Source: Candidatus Cloacimonadota bacterium (GTDB lineage: Bacteria > Cloacimonadota > Cloacimonadia > G963667145). Taken from it: a stretch of DNA of 64,000 nt. Location of the stretch: positions 768,001 to 832,000 of the forward strand of contig OY781092.1 of the NCBI GenBank assembly GCA_963676615.1, read 5' to 3'. This document shows, piece after piece, positions 28,601 through 40,600 of the stretch. The notes under the pieces were generated by a model, which saw nothing but the letters and a program-made list of their open reading frames with translations, did not search any database and was not told the DNA's origin. The position numbers and the translations under genes are program-made. The number at the start of each line of letters is the position of its first letter. Position 1 is the stretch's first letter.

Positions 28601-31600
28601 AACGGGCTTTCCCCGCTCTTTGACTCGATGCTATAGCCGTCTTTCGCACAAGAAATCACCACGCTAGCTCCTGCAGTTACATCATCAAACGCGTAATTTC
28701 CCGCAGCGTCCGTTTGCACAGACTGCGCAAAATCGCCACTAGCCTCTACCACAACTCCTGCTACTGGCGTTCCTGCGCTTGTTGCCACATTTCCCGTAAT
28801 CTTGAGCGCTGGCCCAATATAACTCACAGCCAACTTCGGCAGCCTCGCCACTCCCTCTATCACCTCAACTGGAATATTTTCATCGCCCTTATATTGATGA
28901 GAAAAATCGGCTTTATACACCTCAAATTTGCTCAAATCCAACTTAAGATAATAGTCGCCGACCTCTGCATTCAGAACGAACTCGCCGTTTTTATCGCTTA
29001 TTGCGCTACTAACCAAAGAGTTATCAGAACTTTTATAAAGCTCTGCGGGAAAACCTTGGAAAGGTTCAGAGCTATAATCCACAATCTCACCCTCTATCGG
29101 GAAACCGTATCCGTCTGGCAAAACTTGAAGATTGTTAAAAGGATACGCATTTTCGCAATCCGTATTCTCTCCAGGCTCAACCCCCAGATTTGCACAAAAA
29201 TGGTTGTAAAAACCAACTCTGCTCTCCACTTTGGCATCGGCATCAGCCACCCGTGTCGGATTGTTTTCGGCGTTGCCAGCCTCAAGTTCTCCGTTTATTA
29301 TGTTGATCGTCAAGCCATAGCCGACAAACAAGCGGTTGTAAACCTGCTCTTTTTTGCTAAGAGAAGTTGGAGCGTCCCAGCCGCCGATAATCGCGGCGTG
29401 GCAAGACGGCTTTTTCCCTTGCGGAGTCATCCAAAACCAAATCGCCGATTCCCAAAAAGCGACAGGATCTTCAAACAACTTGTCTGGATTCTCCAAAAGG
29501 ACGCTCTTATCTCCATAAATCGCCTGGCTGGCTTGACCATAATTTCCGTTCCAGGACAGCTGAAGCGGACCTCGCCCAAAATACGCTTTGCCTGCTACGG
29601 CTGGATATTCCACAGAATTTTGCACATAATCAGAAAGCGGATTTTGCTCTTTGGGAAAATAGTAGCCTTGAATATAATCGATAGAAGAGCCACCAGTTTC
29701 TTTGGCAGACTGAGCCAAAAACGCAGCAAGCTCCCGCTTTTTATCTTCCTGACTACCTTCACCCAAAAATTTTGGATACTTACTCGCAGCCTGTTCAAAC
29801 GAGCTATAATTAAACAAATTTTTATCCAAAATATCCGCTGGCGTCCCCGTATTTCGCGATGGAAACCACGCGTTGAACTGAGTCTCACTCATCAAATTCG
29901 ACAAATTCTCCACCCACACTTTCCACATCGCATACAAAACAACATTTCCGCTAACACTTATTTGGTCGTTTGCTTGGTAAACGGCTCCTGTTCCGTCAGC
30001 TTTGGTATTCCAGCCGTCAAAAATATAGCCAGTTTTCGCCAAATCGCCGGCATCTTTTACCGTTGCCAAATCGTTCTTCACATAAGCAGAGTTATCGACT
30101 TGCAGTCCTGTTCCTCCGTTTGAGTTGTAACTAATCTGGAAAGTTTCGGGCGTCCACATAGCGTATAAAGTTGTATCGCTTAAAATGAAGATAGAGTCTT
30201 TTTTGTCCCAGCTTAGCGTATCGCCAGCGCCGGCACTATCAAAACACCAACCAGCAAACACATAATCCGACCGTTCCAAAGAGCCCCTGCTGCTCACAGC
30301 CACTTTTTCGCCATACGGGTAGCTAGCAGCTATCGGAGGCTCGCCCGCTGTTTGCTTGTCGCTAAAATAACTCAGCTGATAATTTTTGAGCGTCCACTTG
30401 CCGAACAACGAGTCCACACCCTGCACAACTAGCTGCTCCGAAGCTATCTTTTGGTCAGGCGACAAACTTGGCGCAAAATACCAACCCTCAAAATCGTAAT
30501 TTTCTTTAGCTATCGGCGTCAGCTGCAAACTCGTGTTGTAATCCCCTTGCAAAGTGTCCAAAATCTGCTCGCCATCAAACCTGTAAATATCGTAAACTTT
30601 GGGCAACCACCGCGCATACAAAGTATCCGCAGCCACAACTTTATAATCGTCGAAATCTATTTTCTTTGCCGCTTCATACGAAACATCGCTATACCACGCA
30701 TCCAAAGTGTAGTATTCTTCGCTTGGACTAGGAGCAATCAAACTCTCACCATAAGCCACCAAGGTGTCCTCTTTGCTCGTAGCTCCCTCAAAATCGTAAT
30801 AATAATTAACCAAGAAACTATCAGTCTCCCAATAGCCAAACAGCGTATCTGGCGCCAATACAGTCATTTTTGGCGCATCGATTTTGCCGATGGTATAATC
30901 ACTATTTTGCCACCAACCGTGCAAAGATTTACCTTCCGCAGCAAAATTTGGGAAAAACAACTCCGAGCCAGCAGCCTTCAGGCTATCAAGCTCCTGCTTG
31001 CTGCCGTCAACATCCTCTATCACAATTTTAACCAAATAGCTATCAATCAAAAACCTTGCATAATAAGTCGTATCCGCCACAACCTGCACGGCATCTGTCA
31101 ACTTTTCGCCAGAAAAATCAGCCGCCGAGTACCAGCCATCCAAATGATGATTTGCCAAACTAACCACAGGGAAATCTGCAAACTGCTCATACTCTTTGGT
31201 CAACGCCGAGTCGATTGTCGAGCCGTCAGGCTTCAGCACCTGATAATTCACCTCATAGCTCCGCTTCAACATCCGTCCAAAAAGCGTGTCGTCCTCGGTC
31301 ACGACCAAAGTTTCTGTAAATTTATCGCCAGAATAGCCAGTCGTTTGATACCAACCGTCAAAATAGTAATGCGCTCTGACTGGTTTCGGCAATTCCAAAA
31401 ATTGGCTAAATTTCTTAACACTATCGCCATAATCTGCTTCGTCCAGTCTAAACTCAATTCTGTAGCTATTTATGTGCCATTTTGCGTAAATCGTGGTATC
31501 CGAAACGACCCTTATCTTAAAGCCAGCAAGGTAATTATCACCCGTGGTGTCCGCAAGAGAGTTCCAGCCAACAAAAGTGTATCCGGGCTTAAGCATTCCG

Positions 31601-34600
31601 CCAGTATTGCCAGCAACCTCCGCAGAATCGCCGAAATGGTACTCTTTGCTATCCACTGGAGCCTCGCCACTAGCGGCGCCATTGGCAGAATAAGTCAGGC
31701 TGTAATCAATTGTATCCCAGATAGCATAAAGACTAAAATTCCCCGCAGGCATCGTAAAATCGGCGCTTTGGGCATCTCCTTTGCCGTCTGCCTCCGTATT
31801 CCACGAATTAAAAATGTAGCCATCTCGATGTATCGTGCCACCATTTTTTAGAGTAACCAAAGCCCCATAAGGGTGGCTAATCTCCTCTTTTTCGCCGCTA
31901 CCGTCGTTATAATAATAGGTCAAAAGATAATTTTGCCTTATCCAAACAGGATACAAATCCAGATTTTGCACAAGGTTTATCTCTTGCAACGGAGAATACT
32001 CCACAATCTCTTTTTCGGGGGTGCTGTTCCAGCCAGCAAAAGAAAAACCAGTTCGCACCAAATCGGAGCCGCCCGCAATTTTAACCTTTTCCATAAACAA
32101 GCCACTACTGTCGCTGGGCGCTGCTCCCGCTGTGCTGCCGTCGGCGTGATAGCTCACCGTATAGCTTTTTTTCTCCCACTTTGCGTAAAGCGCCAAATCT
32201 TTTGCCACCATTTTGAAATCAGAACTGTAGTTTTCGCCGCTACCGTCGGCTTTCGTGTTCCAGCAAACAAAATTGTAGCCGACTTTGGAAATTCCAGATC
32301 CAGAACTGATAGCAACATCTGCATCATAATCGTAATTTTCCGCCGCAGGGACATCGCCATCTCCGCCGTTTACATTGTAGGACAAGCTATATTTTTCGAC
32401 TTGCCAAACGGCATAAAATTCAGCGTCTGCAACAATATAAAATGCTGATCCTTCGGCATAGGTAGCACCACTGCCATCAACTGCCGTGTTCCAACCAACA
32501 AATTTGTGCCCAACTTTTGCTAAATCCCCTTTGCTTAATACCAAATATTCGTCGCCATAATTATAAGCGTCCGCATCCACTGGCACGCTGCCGCTCACTC
32601 CCACTTCCGAATTTGCATAATAAGTGACCGAATAATTTTCGTTTTCCCATTTGGCTGCTAGCACAACACTTGTGTCGATTAAAACAGAATCGCTATTTTC
32701 TCTAGTTAAAATGTTTTCATCTGCATCCCTTGCGTCATACCACCCAACAAAATATTTTCCAAAATATGATAAATCCCCCTTATCAGCCACTAAAACTTTC
32801 GTTCCATAATCGTAAACGCTGCCAAAGGGTGCACTGCCTCCCGTGTTCCCATTGCCGTCATATCCCAAAGAAAACTGCTTAATCTCCCACTTTGCAAAAA
32901 ACTCTGCGTTCTCGGCGCCAACTTTATACGACGCAAAATCAACTTTTGGCGAACTGTAATCTGCCGCAACATACCAACCGACAAAATCGAAGCCTTTTTT
33001 TTCTAGATTTGGGGGCGTCACACTGGATTGATAAGGTTTTTTAAAACTGTAAACTTGGTAGCCACCATCAGCATTTTCATCTTTGAATTCCACCAAAAAA
33101 CTATCGATTTTCCATTTAGCGTAAAGCGTCTGATTTTTGACAATCTCGTATGGGAAGCTCACCGAATTTCCCGCAAAATCTGCTGTTTCATACCAATTCT
33201 CAAAAGAGTAGCCAATTTTGTCTCCAACAGGACTTTCTTCGATGAACTCTTTGTAATTTTTCGTTATCAGTTGATTTGGAACAGCAGAGTTCCACGAAAA
33301 AGTGACGGTAAAGCTCAGAGTGTCCCATTTGGCGTAAAGCGTGTCGTTCTTGCTCACCAAAAAGCTGGCTTCGTTCAATTTGTTGCCGCTAAAATCTGAC
33401 TCAAGATACCAACCTGCAAACTCGTATCCGTATTTTTCTGCTGGATTTTGCAAAGAAATCACAGAGTTGTAAACTTCTGTTTTGCTTGGTAAAAGCGTTG
33501 AGCCATCCGCTTCTTGGAAAGCAGTGAGATAGAATTTGATTCTCCATTTGGCAAACAAAGTCGTATCAGAGCTGACCTCCAACTCATCGCCAGGGCTATA
33601 ATTTACTCCCGTTGTATCGGCTTTGCTGTTCCATCCCGCAAATGTGTGCCCCGCTTTTGCAAGACCTGCTTCGCCCAGCACAACAGCTTTTTGCCCGATT
33701 GTGTAATCTGCCGCATCCTCTGGACCAGCCCCTTGTGCACCGTTAGCGTCATAAGTTACGCGGTAATTTATCGCCTGCCAAATCGCATAAAGTTCCAAAT
33801 CTTCAGCTGGCATCGTAAAGCCTAGAGTGTAGTCGATTCCTCCACCATCTGCAGCCGTATTCCACTTCAAAAATTTGTGCCCAGCATAAGAAATTTTGCT
33901 GCCGTCTTTCAGATTTTGCACGCTTTTATACTCGGCGATCACCTCCGTTTTGGCGGAAGTGCCATCGTTATCGTAATAAGTTAGCTTATACGAGTTGATT
34001 TGCCAAACTGGATATAGCGCCAAATCGTGCTCCAAATTGACGGTCGAACCGATTGCATACGAAACTTCAGAAGCGTTCTGGCTCGCACTCCAGCCCGCAA
34101 AGCGATAACCAGTTCTGACAAGCGTTCCGCTATCCGCTACGGCAACATCCTCTTGATACAAGCCTCTAGAAGCTACTGGAGCAGCACCTTCGGTTTTTCC
34201 GTTATCGTAATAAGTTATCGCAAAACTTTTCTTTCGCCATTTCGCAAAAAGTTTGACCTCAGAAGCTGGCATTCGAAAATCTTCGGCATAATCTGCGCCC
34301 AAAGTGTCCGCCTGAGTGTTCCAGCCTGCAAAATCGTAGCCAACTCGGGACAAACCAGCTCCAGAAAGCAAACCGACTTCACTGTCAAATTCGTGATTGA
34401 AACTAGAAAAAAGATTGCCGCTACCGTCGTTTAAATAGTATTCGAGCAAATAGCTGTTAATCGACCACTGTGCGTAGAGCCTCACATCCAAGGTGTCAAC
34501 GGCAATCTCGTCATTTTCGGAATAATCGCTGCCGTCGCCATTTTCGCTTGTGTTCCAGCCGATAAAGCTGTAACCCTCTTTTGCAAGGCTTCCACTGCCT

Positions 34601-37600
34601 TTCACAACAATTTTATCGCCAATGTTATATGCGCTCAAATCTGTCGGAACGCTTCCGCTAACGCCCTGACCACTTCCAGCAAAATAAGTAACGCTGTAAT
34701 CTATCTTATCCCAAATGGCGTATAGCGTTATGTCCGTTTCCGAAATTGGAACACTGCTTCCAGGCGAATAAGACGCGCCAGAACCAGCCGAATTAGTGTT
34801 CCACTCCGTAAAATTGTAGCCTCTCCTGCTCAAATTTGTCGGACTCTTGACAGTCGCCAAATCTCCCTGCATATACCCCTTGTTGTCGATTGGCACAGAA
34901 CCGTCTGCACCATTTGCGCTATAAACTACCGACTTCCCCTCTTCTTTCCATTGCGCAAAAAGGCGTAAATCTTTAGCCGGAATTGGATACGAAACCCCTT
35001 GAGAATATTGCATTCCACTGCCATCTGCTTTCGAGTTCCAGCCATTAAAAGAGTAGCCCAATTTGCTCAAACCATCACTCGATTTTGCCACAAAGTTACT
35101 GCCATAAACAACATCTTCGCTTGAAGGCACATCGCCCTGACCAGAGTTCAAATCATAGCTCAACACAAAAGTTTTTGGCGTCAATTTGGCATACAAAACA
35201 TCGTCCGAAGCCCCCACAACATAGGAGCTAACAGCTTCGCCGCTAAAGCTTACATCGTCATACCATCCGCCGAAATCGTAGCCTTCTTTGGCATAATCTG
35301 GCAAAGTCAAAGCCAAGCCAAACTGTTTAACGCTGTCAAAAATCAAAGCGCCATCAGCCTCCTTAAAGCTCACCTTGTAAGAGTTCACCGACCACATCGC
35401 ATACAAACTCGCGCCCGTTGTGTTCATCTGATACGACGCCATATCGCCATAAGAAGCGCCGCTTCCGTCAGCCTTTGTGTTCCAATTTTTAAACGCGTGC
35501 CCAATTTTTGAAAAGCTGTTTGCTGACAAATTTTTCGTCTGCAAAAATTCAAAAGTTTGCACAGGCATTGTGCCGTCGCCACCATTTTTGTCGTAAACCA
35601 AAGAGTAGATTTTTGGGCTCCATTTAGCATACCAAACAGCGTCAGCAGTCACAGAATACGGAAAAACTATCGGTGAGCTCAAAGCAATATCGGCGCACCA
35701 TTGCAGCGAATATCCCGTCTTAACGCTGAGCGGCGCTGTCGTAATTTGAGTGTCATACAACTTTTGCACAGAAGAAAGAGCGCTGCCCCCATTTTCGACA
35801 AAACTAATCTCGTAGAAATTTATCTGCCAAACTGCGTAAAATGTAATATCTTGGCTCAAGCTAAAACCGTCTCCCTCTACAAAATCGCTGCCCGTTCCGT
35901 CCGCTTTGGAGTTCCAGCCAACAAAACTATACCCCTGTTTTTGCAAACTGCTTGCTCCTGCTACAACGACATAGCTGTTATAATCGTCAACCACAGCGCT
36001 CGGCGCTGCTCCGCTGCTGTTTCCGTTACCGTCGTAACTCAATGTGTACCGCTTAATTTGCCAAATGGCATACAATTTCAAATCTTTGGCAGGCATAGAA
36101 ATTTCGCCGCTAAAACTCTCGCCGCTACCATCTTGTGCGGTGTTCCAGCCCGCAAAACTGTAGCCAACTCGAGAAATACCAGAGCCGTCATCAATTCCAA
36201 CATTTTGAGCATAATCATAATTTTCCGCATTTGGCAAGCTACCGCTGCCGCCGTTTAGCTCGTAACTGAGCGAATATTTATTCACGCTCCAAATAGCGAA
36301 AAGAGTAATATTTTTCGCACCAAAAACTACCTTATCGTTCGCCTGAAATTGCCCGCTACCAGCTGAAATAGTATCCCAGCCGACAAAAGAGTGCCCAGTT
36401 TTCCCCAAACTGCTGGCACCCAGCACAGTCGCATTTTGCCCGATTGTGTAGGAACTATTATCGACAGGAGCACTGCCCAAATTTGCGCCATTTTTATCGT
36501 AGCTCAAATTATAAAAAATCGCTTCCCACTGCGCATACAAAGAAATTCCACCCAAAGGAACGGCGATTTTTTCGCCGCTATTATACCGCACTCCGCTACC
36601 ATCTTGTTTCGTATTCCAAGATTTAAAAATATAGCCAGCCCAAGACTGCTGGGCAGGCACAACGACCTCAGAAAGGTAATCTGCCTCAAAACTATTCGAC
36701 CAGCCGTTTCCGTTGCCGTCGAACAAAACAGAATACCGCTTTTGAGTCCATTTGGCATAAAACTCCACATCGCTCTTGACTTTGTAATCGGCGCTCACCT
36801 GATTCACGCATTCAGGCTCTAAAAACCAACCCACAAAATCGTAGCCATCTCTGGCTGCAGAAGGCAGCTGTCCAACGCTTTGATTATACTCAACTTCTCG
36901 ATAATTTTGGCTAGCACTGCCGCCTTTTGGATCAAAGCTCACCGTGTAAGAATTAACGCCCCAAATCGCATAGAGCGTAATATCTTCCGCCGCAAAAATG
37001 TAAGTAGCTCCAGCGTTATAGCGAGCGCCCGTTCCGTCAGATTTGGTGTTCCAAGAGTTGAAAGTGTAACCCAATTTGCTAGCAGAGCCAAGCGTATAGC
37101 TTGAGCCGAAATTTTGCTTTACAGCCGCCAAAGCGTCTCCGCCTTGAGCGTCGAAACTCAAAGTGTAACTATTAACATCAAAAATTGCGTAAAGCGTCAG
37201 ATTACTCGAAAGATAAAGCTGTTCACCTTGTTGATAGCGCACTCCAGAGCCGTCAGCCTTTGTGTCCCAGCCTGCAAACGAAAAGCCTGTTTTTGATAAA
37301 CTTCCTGCATCTTTAACGATAAATTTTTGATCGAAATCTAAACTCTGGCTAGCAGGAGGCTCGCCACTATCGGCATCGTTTTTCGCATAACTAAGAACAA
37401 ACTTCTCCTTCCTCCATTTTGCAAAAAATTTGGCGTCGCCGCTTACAGTATAGGGCGCCACCACTTGTGTCGAAAAGGTCGTGCTGTCTGTAAACCAGCC
37501 CTCAAAAATGTGATTTGTATAACTCGGCGATGAAAAGCTCCCAATCTGCTCACCGTAATTTTTGGTTACCTCATAGCTAGAGCTGCCGCCTCGTGCGTCA

Positions 37601-40600
37601 AAACTAACAGTGTAACTCTTCGCTCGCCATTGAGCGAAATATTTTGCACCGCCCAAAGGCACCGCCACCAAATCTCCTTGGTTGCAAAAACTTCCGCTAC
37701 CGTCCTGATTTTCGCTCCAGCTAACAAAATCGTAACCAACTCTATTTGGAGCATTTGGCACAAGAATATTGTTCAAATATTTTCCGCTGACCGTCTGCGA
37801 GCTAGCCCCGTTTCCGTCAAAAATCATTTCGTAAAATTTAGGATTCCACTTTGCATAAACGATCAAATTTTTCGTCACAACAAAATCGGCTTCTACCTCG
37901 CTCAAATAGCTTTCTTCTGCATACCAACCGCCAAAATCGTAGCCAGCTTTGGTCGGCTCGGGCAAATTTCCGATAATGCTATTATACGCAACAACAGTGC
38001 TTTCAACTCCGCAATTTCCGCCTTTTGCATCAAAAGTTACCACAAAATTTTTGGAAATCCAATTTGCGTATAAAACAACATCTTTGTCCGAAAAGACAAA
38101 ATTTTCGCCAGCCGAATAAACGCTACCAGCGCCTGACGCCTCCGTGCTCCATCGCACAAAATTGTAACCAGTTTTGATTGGCGATGGCAAAACACAACTT
38201 GTGCCAAAATCTTGAACAACTTCGGCAATTTCGTCGCCACCATCCACATCGAAGCTAAGCTTGTATTTGTTTATCCTAAAAATCAAAAACAGCGTCGTAT
38301 TTTTGGTAATTACGATTTTATCGCCTGGAAAATATTTGTTGCCAGCGCCGTCATTTTGGGAGTTCCAACTTTCTATGCTGTAACCTTTTTTTGCCAAATC
38401 GCCATAATCAGCGACAGTGTGCGCCAAATCAAAATCTTGCACAGAAGCGCTAGGACAGCTGCCACTGCTCGCCTCATTGGCGTTATAGCTCAGCGTAAAA
38501 CGCATTTTGCTCCATTTTGCAAAAAAAGTCGCATTTTCCTCAACAACATAGGGAAGCTCAACTTTTTCGGACAAACCAGCATCGAGATACCATCCTTCAA
38601 AATTGTAACGCTCTTTTTCTGAAGCTCCCAAAGATGCAATTTGCTCCGAATAATTTTTGCTGAGCGCCGTAACCGCAGTTCCGCCATTGGAATCGAAATT
38701 TACAGTGTAGCTATTTATCGCCCATTTCGCATAAACGGTTAAATTATTTTCGACAACATCGCTGGATTGCACAAGATTTTCCAAAAATGCAGAGTTAAAC
38801 CAGCCGACAAAAGTGTAGCCCGTGCGAACAGGCTCGGGCAAAACCCCCACGGCATCGCCGAACTTCCTTGGCAACGAATTTATCGAGCTTCCGCCGTTTA
38901 CATAAAAAGAAATTTGATAATCTTTGGGAATCCATTTTGCGTAGAAAGTCAGATTTTCTTCGACTTTGTAAGGCTCTACAACAGGCGTCGAGCAGTCTGC
39001 ATCCAAAAACCAACCACCAAAATCGAAGCCTGTTTTTGTCGGATCTGCTGGCAAAACCAAATCGCTGCCATACAATTGCACAACATAGCCAACCGCCGTG
39101 CCGCCTTTTGAATCAAAGGAGATTGTGTAGCTGTTTTTTTCCCAAGAAGCGTATAGCGTTAAATAAAAATCGCCAAATTTATAAGCGCTTTCGGCGGGAT
39201 ATATCAACACAGAATTGCCAGAGCGATCTTCCCAACCGACAAACCTGTGTCCCTGTTTGGTCAAATCGCCTTTAGGCTGCAGAGAAATCACCTGGTCATA
39301 AACACCAGTTTGAGTCTCTGGCACAGTCCCCACACCTCCGTTGGCGTCGTAACTAACGGCATATTTATTCCAGTTCCAAATAGCGTAAAGAGTCGTGTCG
39401 CGGCTGCCCATTTTTATCTCAAACCCAGGGTAAATAGCGTCTCCAGAGCCATCTGCCAAGTTCGACCAATGCGAAAAGCTGCTCGCCTTTTTGCTCAAAC
39501 CGTCCGCAGATTTAACCACAACAGAGCTACCTTTTTTGTAGCTATTGCCGTCTTCCACCAATCCAGTGCCGCCGTTGCTGTTATAATACACCTTATGAGC
39601 AGGAAAAGCGTAGGTCGTCACCGAAACTTTCGGTGATTTTTGCGACTCCACCCCTTCTTCGTTTACGCAACTGACTTGATAAACCTTCGTCTGCAGCTCG
39701 CCCACTGTTGTGTCCAAAAAGTCGATCTGTTTGCCCTCGTAAATCTTCTTATCCGTAACAGCCAAAAGCGACTCGCCTCGATAAACTTTGTAGCGAACAG
39801 CGCCCTTAACATCCGACCAAACAATCTTAATATCCACATAATCTATAATACTAAGGGCAGGTTTGGTTGGCGGCAAAAGAGCCAAAAAAAAGACCGCATC
39901 CGAAAAACCGCTCGACCCAATATCGTTTTTCGCCTTTACCTTATACAAATATTCAGTTCCAGGAATATACCGATTATCCAAATAAAACGCATCTTTCGTC
40001 GATCCTATATAGCCGTTGTTTCGATAAATATAATACTTCTGGACACCTTCTTCGTAATCCCAGCTCAAAAAAATCTTTCGATTTTCGTCAAACTCGACCA
40101 TAAAATTTTGCGGTTTTTCTGGTGTTTTGGGAGTTATCAACTCTCTGGCTTCCGAAACCAAACTCTCTCCGTTGCTATTCACCGCAAAAAGCTTATACGA
40201 ATACTTTTTCCCCTTTTGCAAATCTCGATCAACATAAACCGTGTCATCAATTTCCGTCAAAAGAGAATCGTTACGGAAAAGCCGATAAAACTCTGCACCC
40301 AAAACAGTATTCCAAACCACCTTAAACTCTTCGGGCGAAATAATCTCTATCGTCGAAATCTCTGGTTTGCTCGGTTTAGCCAAACATTTAGCACTCCGTT
40401 CAACCGAAAAAGGACCTTTGCTAGAGCCAGCAATCGCCCTTACTTTGTATTTATAACTCTTCCCTGGAATTAAATCTTCGTCTCGATACGAAACAGCGTT
40501 CAAGTTTTTTAAAAGAACATCGTCACGATAAACTTCATAACTCTCCGCTTTGGCAACATAATCCCACATAAGATCGATAGAGTATTCATCGTGTCCATAA

